NCBI RefSeq assembly: GCF_000009045.1
Contig: NC_000964.3
Span: forward strand, 690,001-722,000
Direction: 5' to 3'
DNA: 32,000 nucleotides
DNA from: Bacillus subtilis subsp. subtilis str. 168
GTDB lineage: Bacteria; Bacillota; Bacilli; Bacillales; Bacillaceae
The notes under the pieces are model-generated. The model was not told where the DNA came from, searched no databases, and saw only the letters and a program-made list of their open reading frames with translations. A program made the translations under genes and the position numbers. Positions 22,019 to 32,000 of the stretch are shown here, in pieces. Each line of letters starts with the position of its first letter. The stretch's first letter is position 1.

Positions 22019-23293
22019 ATGTTGCCAGAATTGCAGCGCTCTATTACTTGGATACAAGGGACGGCGTTAACGATTGGGGCGGTTTTAGGATGCGGGATAT
22101 TAATCCTGCCGTCTGTCACCGCGGACACGGCCGGCCCCGCTTCTTTATTTGTTTGGGTGTTCATGTCCTTCTTATCCTTTTTTCTTGTCGGCACGCTGGC
22201 CCGGCTTGTGAAAATAGCGCCTAGCGCGGGAGGAATCACGGCTTATGTGCAGCTGGCCTTTCAGAAAAAAGCCGGGGCTATTTTGGGCTGGATCATGTTA
22301 GGGTCCGTTCCGATCGGCGTTCCCATCATCGCTTTGACTGGCGCGCATTACGTCAGTTACATCACAGAGGCGGCCGATTGGCAGATTACATTGATTGCTG
22401 GTTGCATGCTGGCTATATCTATTTTGCTTCATATGAGAGGGATTCAACTATCAGCAAACATTAGTACACTCGTTATATGTGTCATCGTATTTCTGCTTGT
22501 CACTTCTATTGCTGTGTCATTGCCACACGTCACGATAGCAGAATTCAAGCCGTTTCTTCCGCATGGCTGGTCTGCCGCTGGATCTGTTTCTGTTATGATT
22601 TTTTTCTCTTTTGTAGGCTGGGAAATGATTACCCCGTTGGCTGAGGAATTTCATCGTCCTGAAAAAGATGTCCCGCTCAGCTTGTTTTTGGCAGCGTCTT
22701 GTGTGGCGGGGCTGTATATCATGCTGTCATTTGTGACCGTGGGTACTCATTCATATGGAGAGAATGGAGAAATTGCATCGCTTGCCATGCTCATTTCAAA
22801 AGGAGCAGGAGAAAGCGGTGTATATGTCACGGTATGTTTAGCGCTGTTTATTACATTCGCCACCATCCATGCCAATATTGCCGGTTTTTCAAGAATGGTG
22901 TACGCATTGGCGAGAGAGGGGCACATACCCGTATTTTTTGGAAAACTCAGTGCGACAAAACGTACGCCTATTCGCGTTTTGACAGCGATGGCCGCAGTGT
23001 TTGGCTTAGTGCTTGCAGCGCATGGTCTGTTTCAAATCGATTTGACGACTCTGTTGAAAGGGCCGAGCGCGGCTTTTATCGCATCTTACATATGTACAAT
23101 GGCGGCAGCACTGAAACTGCTGGGCAGGAGAGATATAGGCTGGTGGATGGCGCTCGGGGCATTTGTGGCGTGCGCGGTGATTTATTCATTCAGCGGCTGG
23201 GCACTGCTTTATCCGGCAGTGCTGGCAGCTGCAGGATATTTCTATATGAAAACAAAGGGTGGGCATAAAAAAAAGCTTGATCACGTTTTGTGA
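22019..23293 (+). CDS. yecA: APC-superfamily amino acid permease
   Basis: 424 aa from ATG 22019 with GAGAGGGGG SD; TIGAVLGCGILILPSVTADTAGPAS, multiple TM segments, FVGWEMITPLAEEF. Confidence 0.9.
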   Translation: MLPELQRSITWIQGTALTIGAVLGCGILILPSVTADTAGPASLFVWVFMSFLSFFLVGTLARLVKIAPSAGGITAYVQLAFQKKAGAILGWIMLGSVPIGVPIIALTGAHYVSYITEAADWQITLIAGCMLAISILLHMRGIQLSANISTLVICVIVFLLVTSIAVSLPHVTIAEFKPFLPHGWSAAGSVSVMIFFSFVGWEMITPLAEEFHRPEKDVPLSLFLAASCVAGLYIMLSFVTVGTHSYGENGEIASLAMLISKGAGESGVYVTVCLALFITFATIHANIAGFSRMVYALAREGHIPVFFGKLSATKRTPIRVLTAMAAVFGLVLAAHGLFQIDLTTLLKGPSAAFIASYICTMAAALKLLGRRDIGWWMALGAFVACAVIYSFSGWALLYPAVLAAAGYFYMKTKGGHKKKLDHVL

Positions 23294-23303
23294 TCAAGCT
23301 TTT
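23271..23303. terminator. Bidirectional terminator between yecA and the minus-strand DUF2892-like ORF
   Basis: Perfect 14-bp inverted repeat AAAAGCTTGATCAC-gtttt-GTGATCAAGCTTTT, A tract 5' and T's 3'. Confidence 0.92.
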
Positions 23304-23307
23304 CCAT

Positions 23308-23535
23308 TTATCCGTTTTGATGCTCGTTATTTCCAGAATCGCTGTGTTGAAACATGTAGGTCACAGGACAGAAGCGCAAGATTCCCGAACCCGCTTTCAT
23401 GGCCCCCATAAAGATGTAAAAGAGATGCATTCTGCACCAAGGTTTTTTCGTAAACTTTGCACTGGCGGCTGACATAATCGTCAATCCGCAGGCGATTCTG
23501 AACACGGCATTGATGAGACTGATGTTTGGCTTCAA
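23308..23535 (-). CDS. Small DUF2892/YgaP-transmembrane-like protein, 75 aa
   Basis: MKPNISLINAVFRIACGLTIMSAASAKFTKKPWCRMHLFYIFMGAMKAGSGILRFCPVTYMF...; TTG start with AAAGGAG SD on the minus strand; shares a terminator with yecA. Confidence 0.8.
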   Translation of the reverse strand: MKPNISLINAVFRIACGLTIMSAASAKFTKKPWCRMHLFYIFMGAMKAGSGILRFCPVTYMFQHSDSGNNEHQNG

Positions 23536-23663
23536 GGAAATCCGCTCCTTTTACTTAAAAAAGTTTTTTAATCGAACCTTCAAAAATTTGTAACGTTTTT
23601 ATCGTGCGTGATGAGGAAGGATGTGATACCATGAGTCTAATACATGTAAAGGAGAGTATGTGA

Positions 23664-25406
23664 ATGTCCGAACGCACCTTTAACTGGAAAAACAAAGACA
23701 TCAGGGCACAGGTTGATGTTGTAGACTCAAAGCTGCTTCCAACGCTCCTTTTACGGAATGCTCTCGTCTTAAATCCATATGTAAAACAATGGCTGAAAAA
23801 AAACATTTGGATTTATCAGGACCGCATTGTTTATGTGGGTCATGAACTTCCGAATAGAGCCGAAGAAATTCATACGATTGATTGTGAAGGAAAATACATT
23901 GTGCCAGGTTATATTGAACCGCACGCACATCCTTTTCAAATATATAATCCCCAAACACTGGCGGAATATGTGTCTCAATACGGAACAACGACATTCGTGA
24001 ATGATAACTTATTTTTGCTTTTGCAAAGCGGAAAAAAGAAAGCGCTTACGATTTTGAATGAACTCAAAAAGCAGCCTGTCCAGTATTTTTGGTGGTCACG
24101 CTATGACCTCCAGACCGAGGTTCTGAACGAGGACCACGTCCTTCCATTTGACGTCAGAAAACAGTGGATTGAACATCCGGATGTGATTCAAGGCGGAGAA
24201 ATGACCGGATGGCCTCGCCTGGTAGATGGTGATGATTTAATGCTCCACTGTATGCAAGCTACAAAGAAACAGAGAAAACGTATTGAAGGGCATTTTCCCG
24301 GCGCTTCTGATAAAACGCTTACAAAAATGAAGCTGTTCGGTGCGGATTGTGATCATGAAGCGATGACAGGTGATGAAGTGATGAGAAGGCTGGAACTGGG
24401 CTATTATGTTTCCCTTCGGAACTCTTCCATTCGCCCCGATGTAAGAAAAATCTTGCAAGAGCTGCATGAGAAGGGCTTCCGCTATTATGACCACTTCTTT
24501 TACACGACAGATGGCGCAACCCCGAATTTCTATAAAGGCGGCATGACAAACGAGCTGATTCGCATTGCGTTAGAAGAAGGCGTACCTGCAATCGACGCCT
24601 ACAATATGGCATCATTTAATATCGCAAAGTATTACCAAATGGATGATTATTTAGGAGTTGTCGGACCGGGCAGACTGGCATCGCTAAACATACTGGAAGA
24701 TCCGTTAAATCCGAATCCAGTGACTGTTCTGTCAAAAGGGACCATTCTGCGTGAAAACGGCTGTGATTTGAAGGCGTTTACAAAGACGGACTGGCACAAA
24801 GGCGGTCTTGTCCCGCTTGAGCTTTCATATGATATGACGATGGATGACTTGCAGTTTTCTATGCCGATGGGCGTGAAAATGCGGAATGCGGTTATTATGG
24901 AGCCATATATGATTGAGATCGACAATTCGATGGAACAGCTCTCGTTTGACCATGATGAAAGTTATTTGACGATGCTCGACAGACACGGGAAATGGCGCGT
25001 CAATACGATGATAAAAGGGTTTGCCTCAAGCGTGCAGGGATTTGTAAGCTCCTTTACGACGACGGGCGACATTGTCGCGATTGGAAAAAATAAAGCGGAT
25101 ATGCTGCTCGCTTTCGCCCGCATGAAAGAAATCGGAGGAGGAATTGTTTTAGCGGAGAACGGAAACATTCTGCATGAAATCCCGCTTGCGCTGTGCGGCT
25201 GCGCCTCTTCGGAAGCGTATGAAGACGTGCTTGAGAAGGAACAAAAGCTGAGAGATCTTTTGACTGAAAGAGGCTATGAGTTTTGCGATCCTATCTATAC
25301 GCTGCTCTTTTTGCAAAGTACGCACCTTCCGTATATACGCATTACGCCAAGAGGAATATTCGACGTCATGAAAAAAACTGTACTCTTTCCATCGATAATG
25401 CGTTAA
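23664..25406 (+). CDS. yerA: Adenine deaminase-like amidohydrolase
   Basis: 580 aa; metal motif VPGYIEPHAHPFQIYN; C-terminal IGGGIVLAENGNILHEIPLALCGCAS resembles the adenine deaminase C-terminal region; AAAGGAG SD. Confidence 0.88.
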   Translation: MSERTFNWKNKDIRAQVDVVDSKLLPTLLLRNALVLNPYVKQWLKKNIWIYQDRIVYVGHELPNRAEEIHTIDCEGKYIVPGYIEPHAHPFQIYNPQTLAEYVSQYGTTTFVNDNLFLLLQSGKKKALTILNELKKQPVQYFWWSRYDLQTEVLNEDHVLPFDVRKQWIEHPDVIQGGEMTGWPRLVDGDDLMLHCMQATKKQRKRIEGHFPGASDKTLTKMKLFGADCDHEAMTGDEVMRRLELGYYVSLRNSSIRPDVRKILQELHEKGFRYYDHFFYTTDGATPNFYKGGMTNELIRIALEEGVPAIDAYNMASFNIAKYYQMDDYLGVVGPGRLASLNILEDPLNPNPVTVLSKGTILRENGCDLKAFTKTDWHKGGLVPLELSYDMTMDDLQFSMPMGVKMRNAVIMEPYMIEIDNSMEQLSFDHDESYLTMLDRHGKWRVNTMIKGFASSVQGFVSSFTTTGDIVAIGKNKADMLLAFARMKEIGGGIVLAENGNILHEIPLALCGCASSEAYEDVLEKEQKLRDLLTERGYEFCDPIYTLLFLQSTHLPYIRITPRGIFDVMKKTVLFPSIMR

Positions 25407-25432
25407 AATATAAAAGAGCAGGGAGCCGACAT

Positions 25433-26428
25433 ATGAAAAAATGGATGACAGTTTGCGCGCTGTGTTTCGTGTTTTTTCTGCTGGTATCCTGCCAGCAGAA
25501 GGATGCTGTCCCGGATACTGCAAAGAAGCTGAAAGCTCCTTTAACGGGGCTAAAGACTGAACAGAAAGTGACTGAACGCCGCCCTGTTGCTGTTGTGGTG
25601 AACAATCACCCGAAGGCGAGGCCGCAGTCGGGTCTGTCTAAAGCCGACATTGTCATAGAAGCGCTAGCCGAAGGGCAAATCACAAGATTTCTGGCCATTT
25701 TCCAAAGCCAGATGCCTGAAACTGTCGGACCTGTGCGGAGCGCGCGGGAATATTTCGTCACTCTCAGCAATGGCTTTGACAGCATATTTGTCCATCACGG
25801 CTGGAGTCCCGGCGCCAAAAAGCAGCTGGAATCCGGAGCTGCCGATTATATGAACGGATTGGATTTTGACGGAAGCTTATTTTGGAGAGCTGATTTCAGC
25901 AAACCGCCCCACAATTCCTATACGTCTTATGATTACATAAAAAAGGCGGCAGAACAAAAGGGTTATAAGCTGAAGCAGGAAACAAATCCGCTGCTGTTTC
26001 AAACATCAGATGCAAAACCTGCAAATGAATCTTACAATGTTCGGGTAGATTATGGAACAAATAACGTTACAAATCTTGTCGAATACAACTATGATAAAAA
26101 AGCTGAATTTTATACAAGAAGCTCTGATGGTGTCATAACGACAGACCGGGAAACCGGAAAGCCGGTTGCAATGCAAAATATTTTCATTGTTGAAGCCAGC
26201 CATCATATTATTGATCAAGATGGAAGGCGGGACATCGACTTGGAATCAGGAGGAAAAGGTCTGTTGTTTCAGCACGGAAACGTCATTGAAACAGACTGGA
26301 AACAAGTGAATGGCAGAATTGTGCCGGTAAAAGACGGCAAGTGGCTTCCGTTTGTGCCAGGAAAGACTTGGATCAATATCGTACCTGATCTTGATGCGGC
26401 TTCCATTAGTAAAGGAGAAGGTGTGTAA
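25433..26428 (+). CDS. yerB: Putative lipoprotein, DUF3048-type
   Basis: 331 aa from ATG 25433, lipobox signal peptide MKKWMTVCALCFVFFLLVSC; RPVAVVVNNHPKARPQSGLSKADIVIEALAEG; track start 25283 lies inside yerA. Confidence 0.9.
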   Translation: MKKWMTVCALCFVFFLLVSCQQKDAVPDTAKKLKAPLTGLKTEQKVTERRPVAVVVNNHPKARPQSGLSKADIVIEALAEGQITRFLAIFQSQMPETVGPVRSAREYFVTLSNGFDSIFVHHGWSPGAKKQLESGAADYMNGLDFDGSLFWRADFSKPPHNSYTSYDYIKKAAEQKGYKLKQETNPLLFQTSDAKPANESYNVRVDYGTNNVTNLVEYNYDKKAEFYTRSSDGVITTDRETGKPVAMQNIFIVEASHHIIDQDGRRDIDLESGGKGLLFQHGNVIETDWKQVNGRIVPVKDGKWLPFVPGKTWINIVPDLDAASISKGEGV

Positions 26429-26430
26429 CG

Positions 26431-26745
26431 ATGCAAATCGATAAATTACGCGGCAAAGAGCTGGACCAGTTATTTAACTCGATCTTATCGCTGAAAGACC
26501 TGGAGGAATGTTACCGATTCTTCGATGATCTATGCACAATTAACGAAATTCAATCGCTGGCTCAGCGCCTTGAAGTGGCGCGCATGCTTCGCGAAGGAAA
26601 CACGTATCATAAGATTGAAACAGAAACAGGCGCTTCCACGGCTACGATTTCCCGTGTGAAACGCTGCTTAAATTACGGAAATGACGCTTATGAAATGGCG
26701 CTTGACCGTGTGAAGGAGACGGAAACAGAGTCTTCTTCCAAATAA
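26431..26745 (+). CDS. yerC: TrpR-like/YerC-family DNA-binding protein
   Basis: 104 aa; HTH-like IQSLAQRLEVARMLREGNTYHKIETETGASTATISRVKRCL. Confidence 0.9.
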   Translation: MQIDKLRGKELDQLFNSILSLKDLEECYRFFDDLCTINEIQSLAQRLEVARMLREGNTYHKIETETGASTATISRVKRCLNYGNDAYEMALDRVKETETESSSK

Positions 26746-26746
26746 A

Positions 26747-26781
26747 AAACCGCCCTGCCGTCTGGCAAGGGCGGTTTCTTT
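26747..26781. terminator. Terminator between convergent yerC and yerD
   Basis: AAACCGCCCTGCC-gtct-GGCAAGGGCGGTTTCTTT (two-base bulge). Confidence 0.85.
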
Positions 26782-28357
26782 ATGAAACAAATTGATGGAT
26801 CAGGTTGTCGATATTGATGATACTGCCATCCTCTTTCCGATAGACAACATGCTCCTTGGAAAAATGAATCGGCGAATTAATCCCTGCTGCGGCTGCAAGG
26901 TTAAATAGTCCCTCGCGCAATGAAATAACGTAGTTGCAGACACGATGCTGTTTTTCCTCAACGCTCAGTGCTTTTTGCAATTTCGGATCTGTCGTCGCCA
27001 CACCTGCCGGACAGGTGTTGGTGTGGCAGACGAGAGCGCGGATGCAGCCAACGGAAAACATCATGCCGCGTGCGATGTTAACAAAGTCAGCGCCGAGGGC
27101 TAAGGCGACCGCGATTTTATCAGGAGTCAGGAGCTTTCCGGAAGCAAAGATTTTCAGCTGGCTGCGCAAGCCGTACTGTTTAAGAAGCGTGTCCACAATA
27201 GGCAGCGCTGTCATAATCGGAAGGCCGACTGTATCCGCGAGCTCGTAAAAGGAAGCTCCGGTACCGCCTTCACTTCCGTCGATCGTGATAAAATCCGGAT
27301 GCTTTCCGCTTTTCTGCATATGAGAGAAAAGCTCATGCAATTCTTCAGGATGCCCTGCGACCAGTTTGATGCCGACTGGCTTTTGTCCGACATCTCTAAG
27401 TTTTTCAATAAAGTCGAGCATTTCAGGAGGGTTTGAGAATTCATAAAAGCGGTTCGGGCTGTCAATCGACTTTCCAGGTTCGACATTCCGAATGTCTGCC
27501 ACTTCCTCTGATACTTTGGCGCCGTCCACATGGCCGCCGCGGGTTTTCGCTCCTTGTGCCAGCTTTAGCTCAAACGCTTTAATCTGGTCAATCCTGCTTT
27601 TTCTTTTAAATTCCTCCCACGAAAATTCCCCGTTTCTTTTGCGCACGCCGAATAGGCCCGGTCCGATTTGGCAAATGATATCGGCGCCGCCCTTTAAGTG
27701 ATATTCAGACAATCCCCCTTCACCTGTATTCATCCAGGTGCCGCCTGCCAGATGGAGCCCTTTTGAGAGCGCCGTAACAGCCCGTTCTCCAAGAGAACCG
27801 TAGCTCATGGCAGACTGGCCGACTAAGCCCTTCACATAAAATGGCTTCTCGCATGTATGCTCGCCAATCACCTGTACATCATCAGGATGGAGAAAATACG
27901 GGTCTGCCTTGATATGTTCGGCATGCTCCTTGCGTTTGAACAGATTGTCAGCATCCATTTTATAGATTTGGGTTTCAATTTTTGGCGTTTGATTTACATG
28001 CATTTCTTCCCTTTGTTTTGGAAACATAGCGTTACGGATATAATAGCCAGGTTTATCAAAATCTCTTACAGATCCAAAGCCCATCATTCTGCTTTTGTAT
28101 TTGCCGGAGATGACGGTTTGCTCATATTCCTTTCGTGAAAATGGCTGCTCTTCATTGTCATTGCTGTATAAATACTGTCTGAGCTCCGGCCCGATTTTTT
28201 CAAGGATATACCGAAACCTTCCGATGACGGGATAGTTGCGAAGAATTGAGTGCTCCTGCTGTTTTTCATCCTTTATGTAGATCCAGGCAAACAAGACGAT
28301 CGGGATAGCGATGATCCCAATGATAAATGCGATGAGTGCTATTATGATGGTTTCCAT
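26780..28357 (-). CDS. yerD: FMN-binding glutamate synthase-like (GltB catalytic domain) protein with N-terminal TM segment
   Basis: 525 aa; METIIIALIAFIIGIIAIPIVLFAWIY TM; SYGSLGERAVTALSKGLHLAG, LKLAQGAKTRGGHV, TIDGSEGGTGAS, FSVGCIRALVCHTNTCPAGVAT; AAAAGGGAGG SD. Confidence 0.92.
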   Translation of the reverse strand: METIIIALIAFIIGIIAIPIVLFAWIYIKDEKQQEHSILRNYPVIGRFRYILEKIGPELRQYLYSNDNEEQPFSRKEYEQTVISGKYKSRMMGFGSVRDFDKPGYYIRNAMFPKQREEMHVNQTPKIETQIYKMDADNLFKRKEHAEHIKADPYFLHPDDVQVIGEHTCEKPFYVKGLVGQSAMSYGSLGERAVTALSKGLHLAGGTWMNTGEGGLSEYHLKGGADIICQIGPGLFGVRKRNGEFSWEEFKRKSRIDQIKAFELKLAQGAKTRGGHVDGAKVSEEVADIRNVEPGKSIDSPNRFYEFSNPPEMLDFIEKLRDVGQKPVGIKLVAGHPEELHELFSHMQKSGKHPDFITIDGSEGGTGASFYELADTVGLPIMTALPIVDTLLKQYGLRSQLKIFASGKLLTPDKIAVALALGADFVNIARGMMFSVGCIRALVCHTNTCPAGVATTDPKLQKALSVEEKQHRVCNYVISLREGLFNLAAAAGINSPIHFSKEHVVYRKEDGSIINIDNLIHQFVS

Positions 28358-28621
28358 CTCTCAGCCTCCCTTTTTATGTAACCATTTCCACAGTAGAACA
28401 CTTTCCAAACAATAGCAGAAGGAATCTGGTGAAAAATGTGTGCTCCTGCCGATACAGGACTCACCATGCAGGTACTGCCATATGCTCTCTTTTTTTATGA
28501 AAAAAGAATCAAAACACCTTTTTCAGTGAATAACGAGATTAACGGCTTTTTCCGTTTTTCCGCGCTATGTGAATTTGTTATAATGTTTAAATGGTAACAA
28601 ACGAATGGAGGAACGTATGAC

Positions 28622-29308
28622 GTGTACGATGTAACGGAGTGGAAGCATGTCTTTAAACTCGATCCAAATAAAGATTTGCCTGACGAACAGCTGGAGATTC
28701 TTTGCGAATCAGGAACGGATGCGGTCATTATCGGAGGAAGCGATGGTGTGACAGAGGATAATGTCCTGCGGATGATGTCTAAGGTAAGACGGTTTTTGGT
28801 GCCGTGTGTCCTAGAGGTATCAGCGATTGAAGCGATTGTTCCCGGCTTTGACTTATATTTTATTCCGAGTGTATTAAACAGCAAAAACGCGGATTGGATT
28901 GTCGGAATGCACCAGAAAGCCATGAAGGAATACGGAGAACTGATGTCTATGGAAGAAATCGTGGCGGAGGGCTACTGCATCGCAAATCCAGATTGCAAAG
29001 CCGCGGCACTGACTGAAGCGGACGCCGATCTGAATATGGATGATATTGTCGCCTATGCGCGTGTGTCGGAGCTGCTGCAACTGCCGATTTTTTATTTAGA
29101 ATACAGCGGCGTGCTTGGAGACATAGAAGCTGTCAAGAAAACGAAGGCTGTATTGGAAACGTCCACCTTGTTTTACGGCGGCGGCATCAAGGATGCGGAA
29201 ACGGCCAAGCAGTACGCAGAGCATGCGGACGTGATCGTTGTAGGCAATGCGGTGTATGAAGATTTTGACAGGGCTTTGAAAACAGTAGCGGCTGTGAAAG
29301 GCGAGTAG
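28622..29308 (+). CDS. pcrB: Heptaprenylglyceryl phosphate synthase
   Basis: 228 aa, GTG start; MYDVTEWKHVFKLDPNKDLPDEQLEILCESGTDAVIIGGSDGVT, YLEYSGVLGD, LFYGGGIKDAETA. Confidence 0.96.
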   Translation: MYDVTEWKHVFKLDPNKDLPDEQLEILCESGTDAVIIGGSDGVTEDNVLRMMSKVRRFLVPCVLEVSAIEAIVPGFDLYFIPSVLNSKNADWIVGMHQKAMKEYGELMSMEEIVAEGYCIANPDCKAAALTEADADLNMDDIVAYARVSELLQLPIFYLEYSGVLGDIEAVKKTKAVLETSTLFYGGGIKDAETAKQYAEHADVIVVGNAVYEDFDRALKTVAAVKGE

Positions 29309-29369
29309 TAAATTGTACGGATTTGGTTTATGATAGAACGTATGTTTTGTATAGGCGGGTGAACAAATT

Positions 29370-32000
<2,631 letters not shown>

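Noticed and set aside
22699-23268. 189-aa plus-strand ORF within yecA in another frame
   Set aside because: Lies wholly inside a well-supported permease gene; the sequence has no recognisable motif or family character.
23562-23580. Possible PurBox upstream of yerA (TTAATCGAACCTT)
   Set aside because: It has the CGAAC core but several flank mismatches and no inverted GTTCG partner at the 24-nt gap seen at pbuG and purE.

Overview
The window reads as a Bacillus subtilis (or very close relative) chromosomal segment, mostly core metabolism. Inferred order: [yeaD 3' end]-yebA-guaA-pbuG-yebC-(55-aa small ORF, probably yebD)-yebE-yebG-purEKBCSQLFMNHD-yezC(-)-yecA-(75-aa DUF2892-like ORF, -)-yerA-yerB-yerC-yerD(-)-pcrB-pcrA-[ligA 5' end]. 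The clearest non-coding elements are two guanine-class purine riboswitches, in the pbuG and purE leaders. Each has a terminator and lies downstream of a PurR-type inverted PurBox pair with the same 24-nt gap between cores. I found no CRISPR array, prophage, transposon, rRNA or tRNA, and no convincing undescribed multi-gene system. The best leads are small: a structured, possibly attenuating guaA 5' leader, a basic 55-aa FbpA-like protein missing from the ORF track, intra-operon hairpins in the pur operon, a five-codon ORF overlapping the pcrB start, and the poorly characterised enzymes YerA and YerD. Gene names come from recall of family and synteny; no database was searched.
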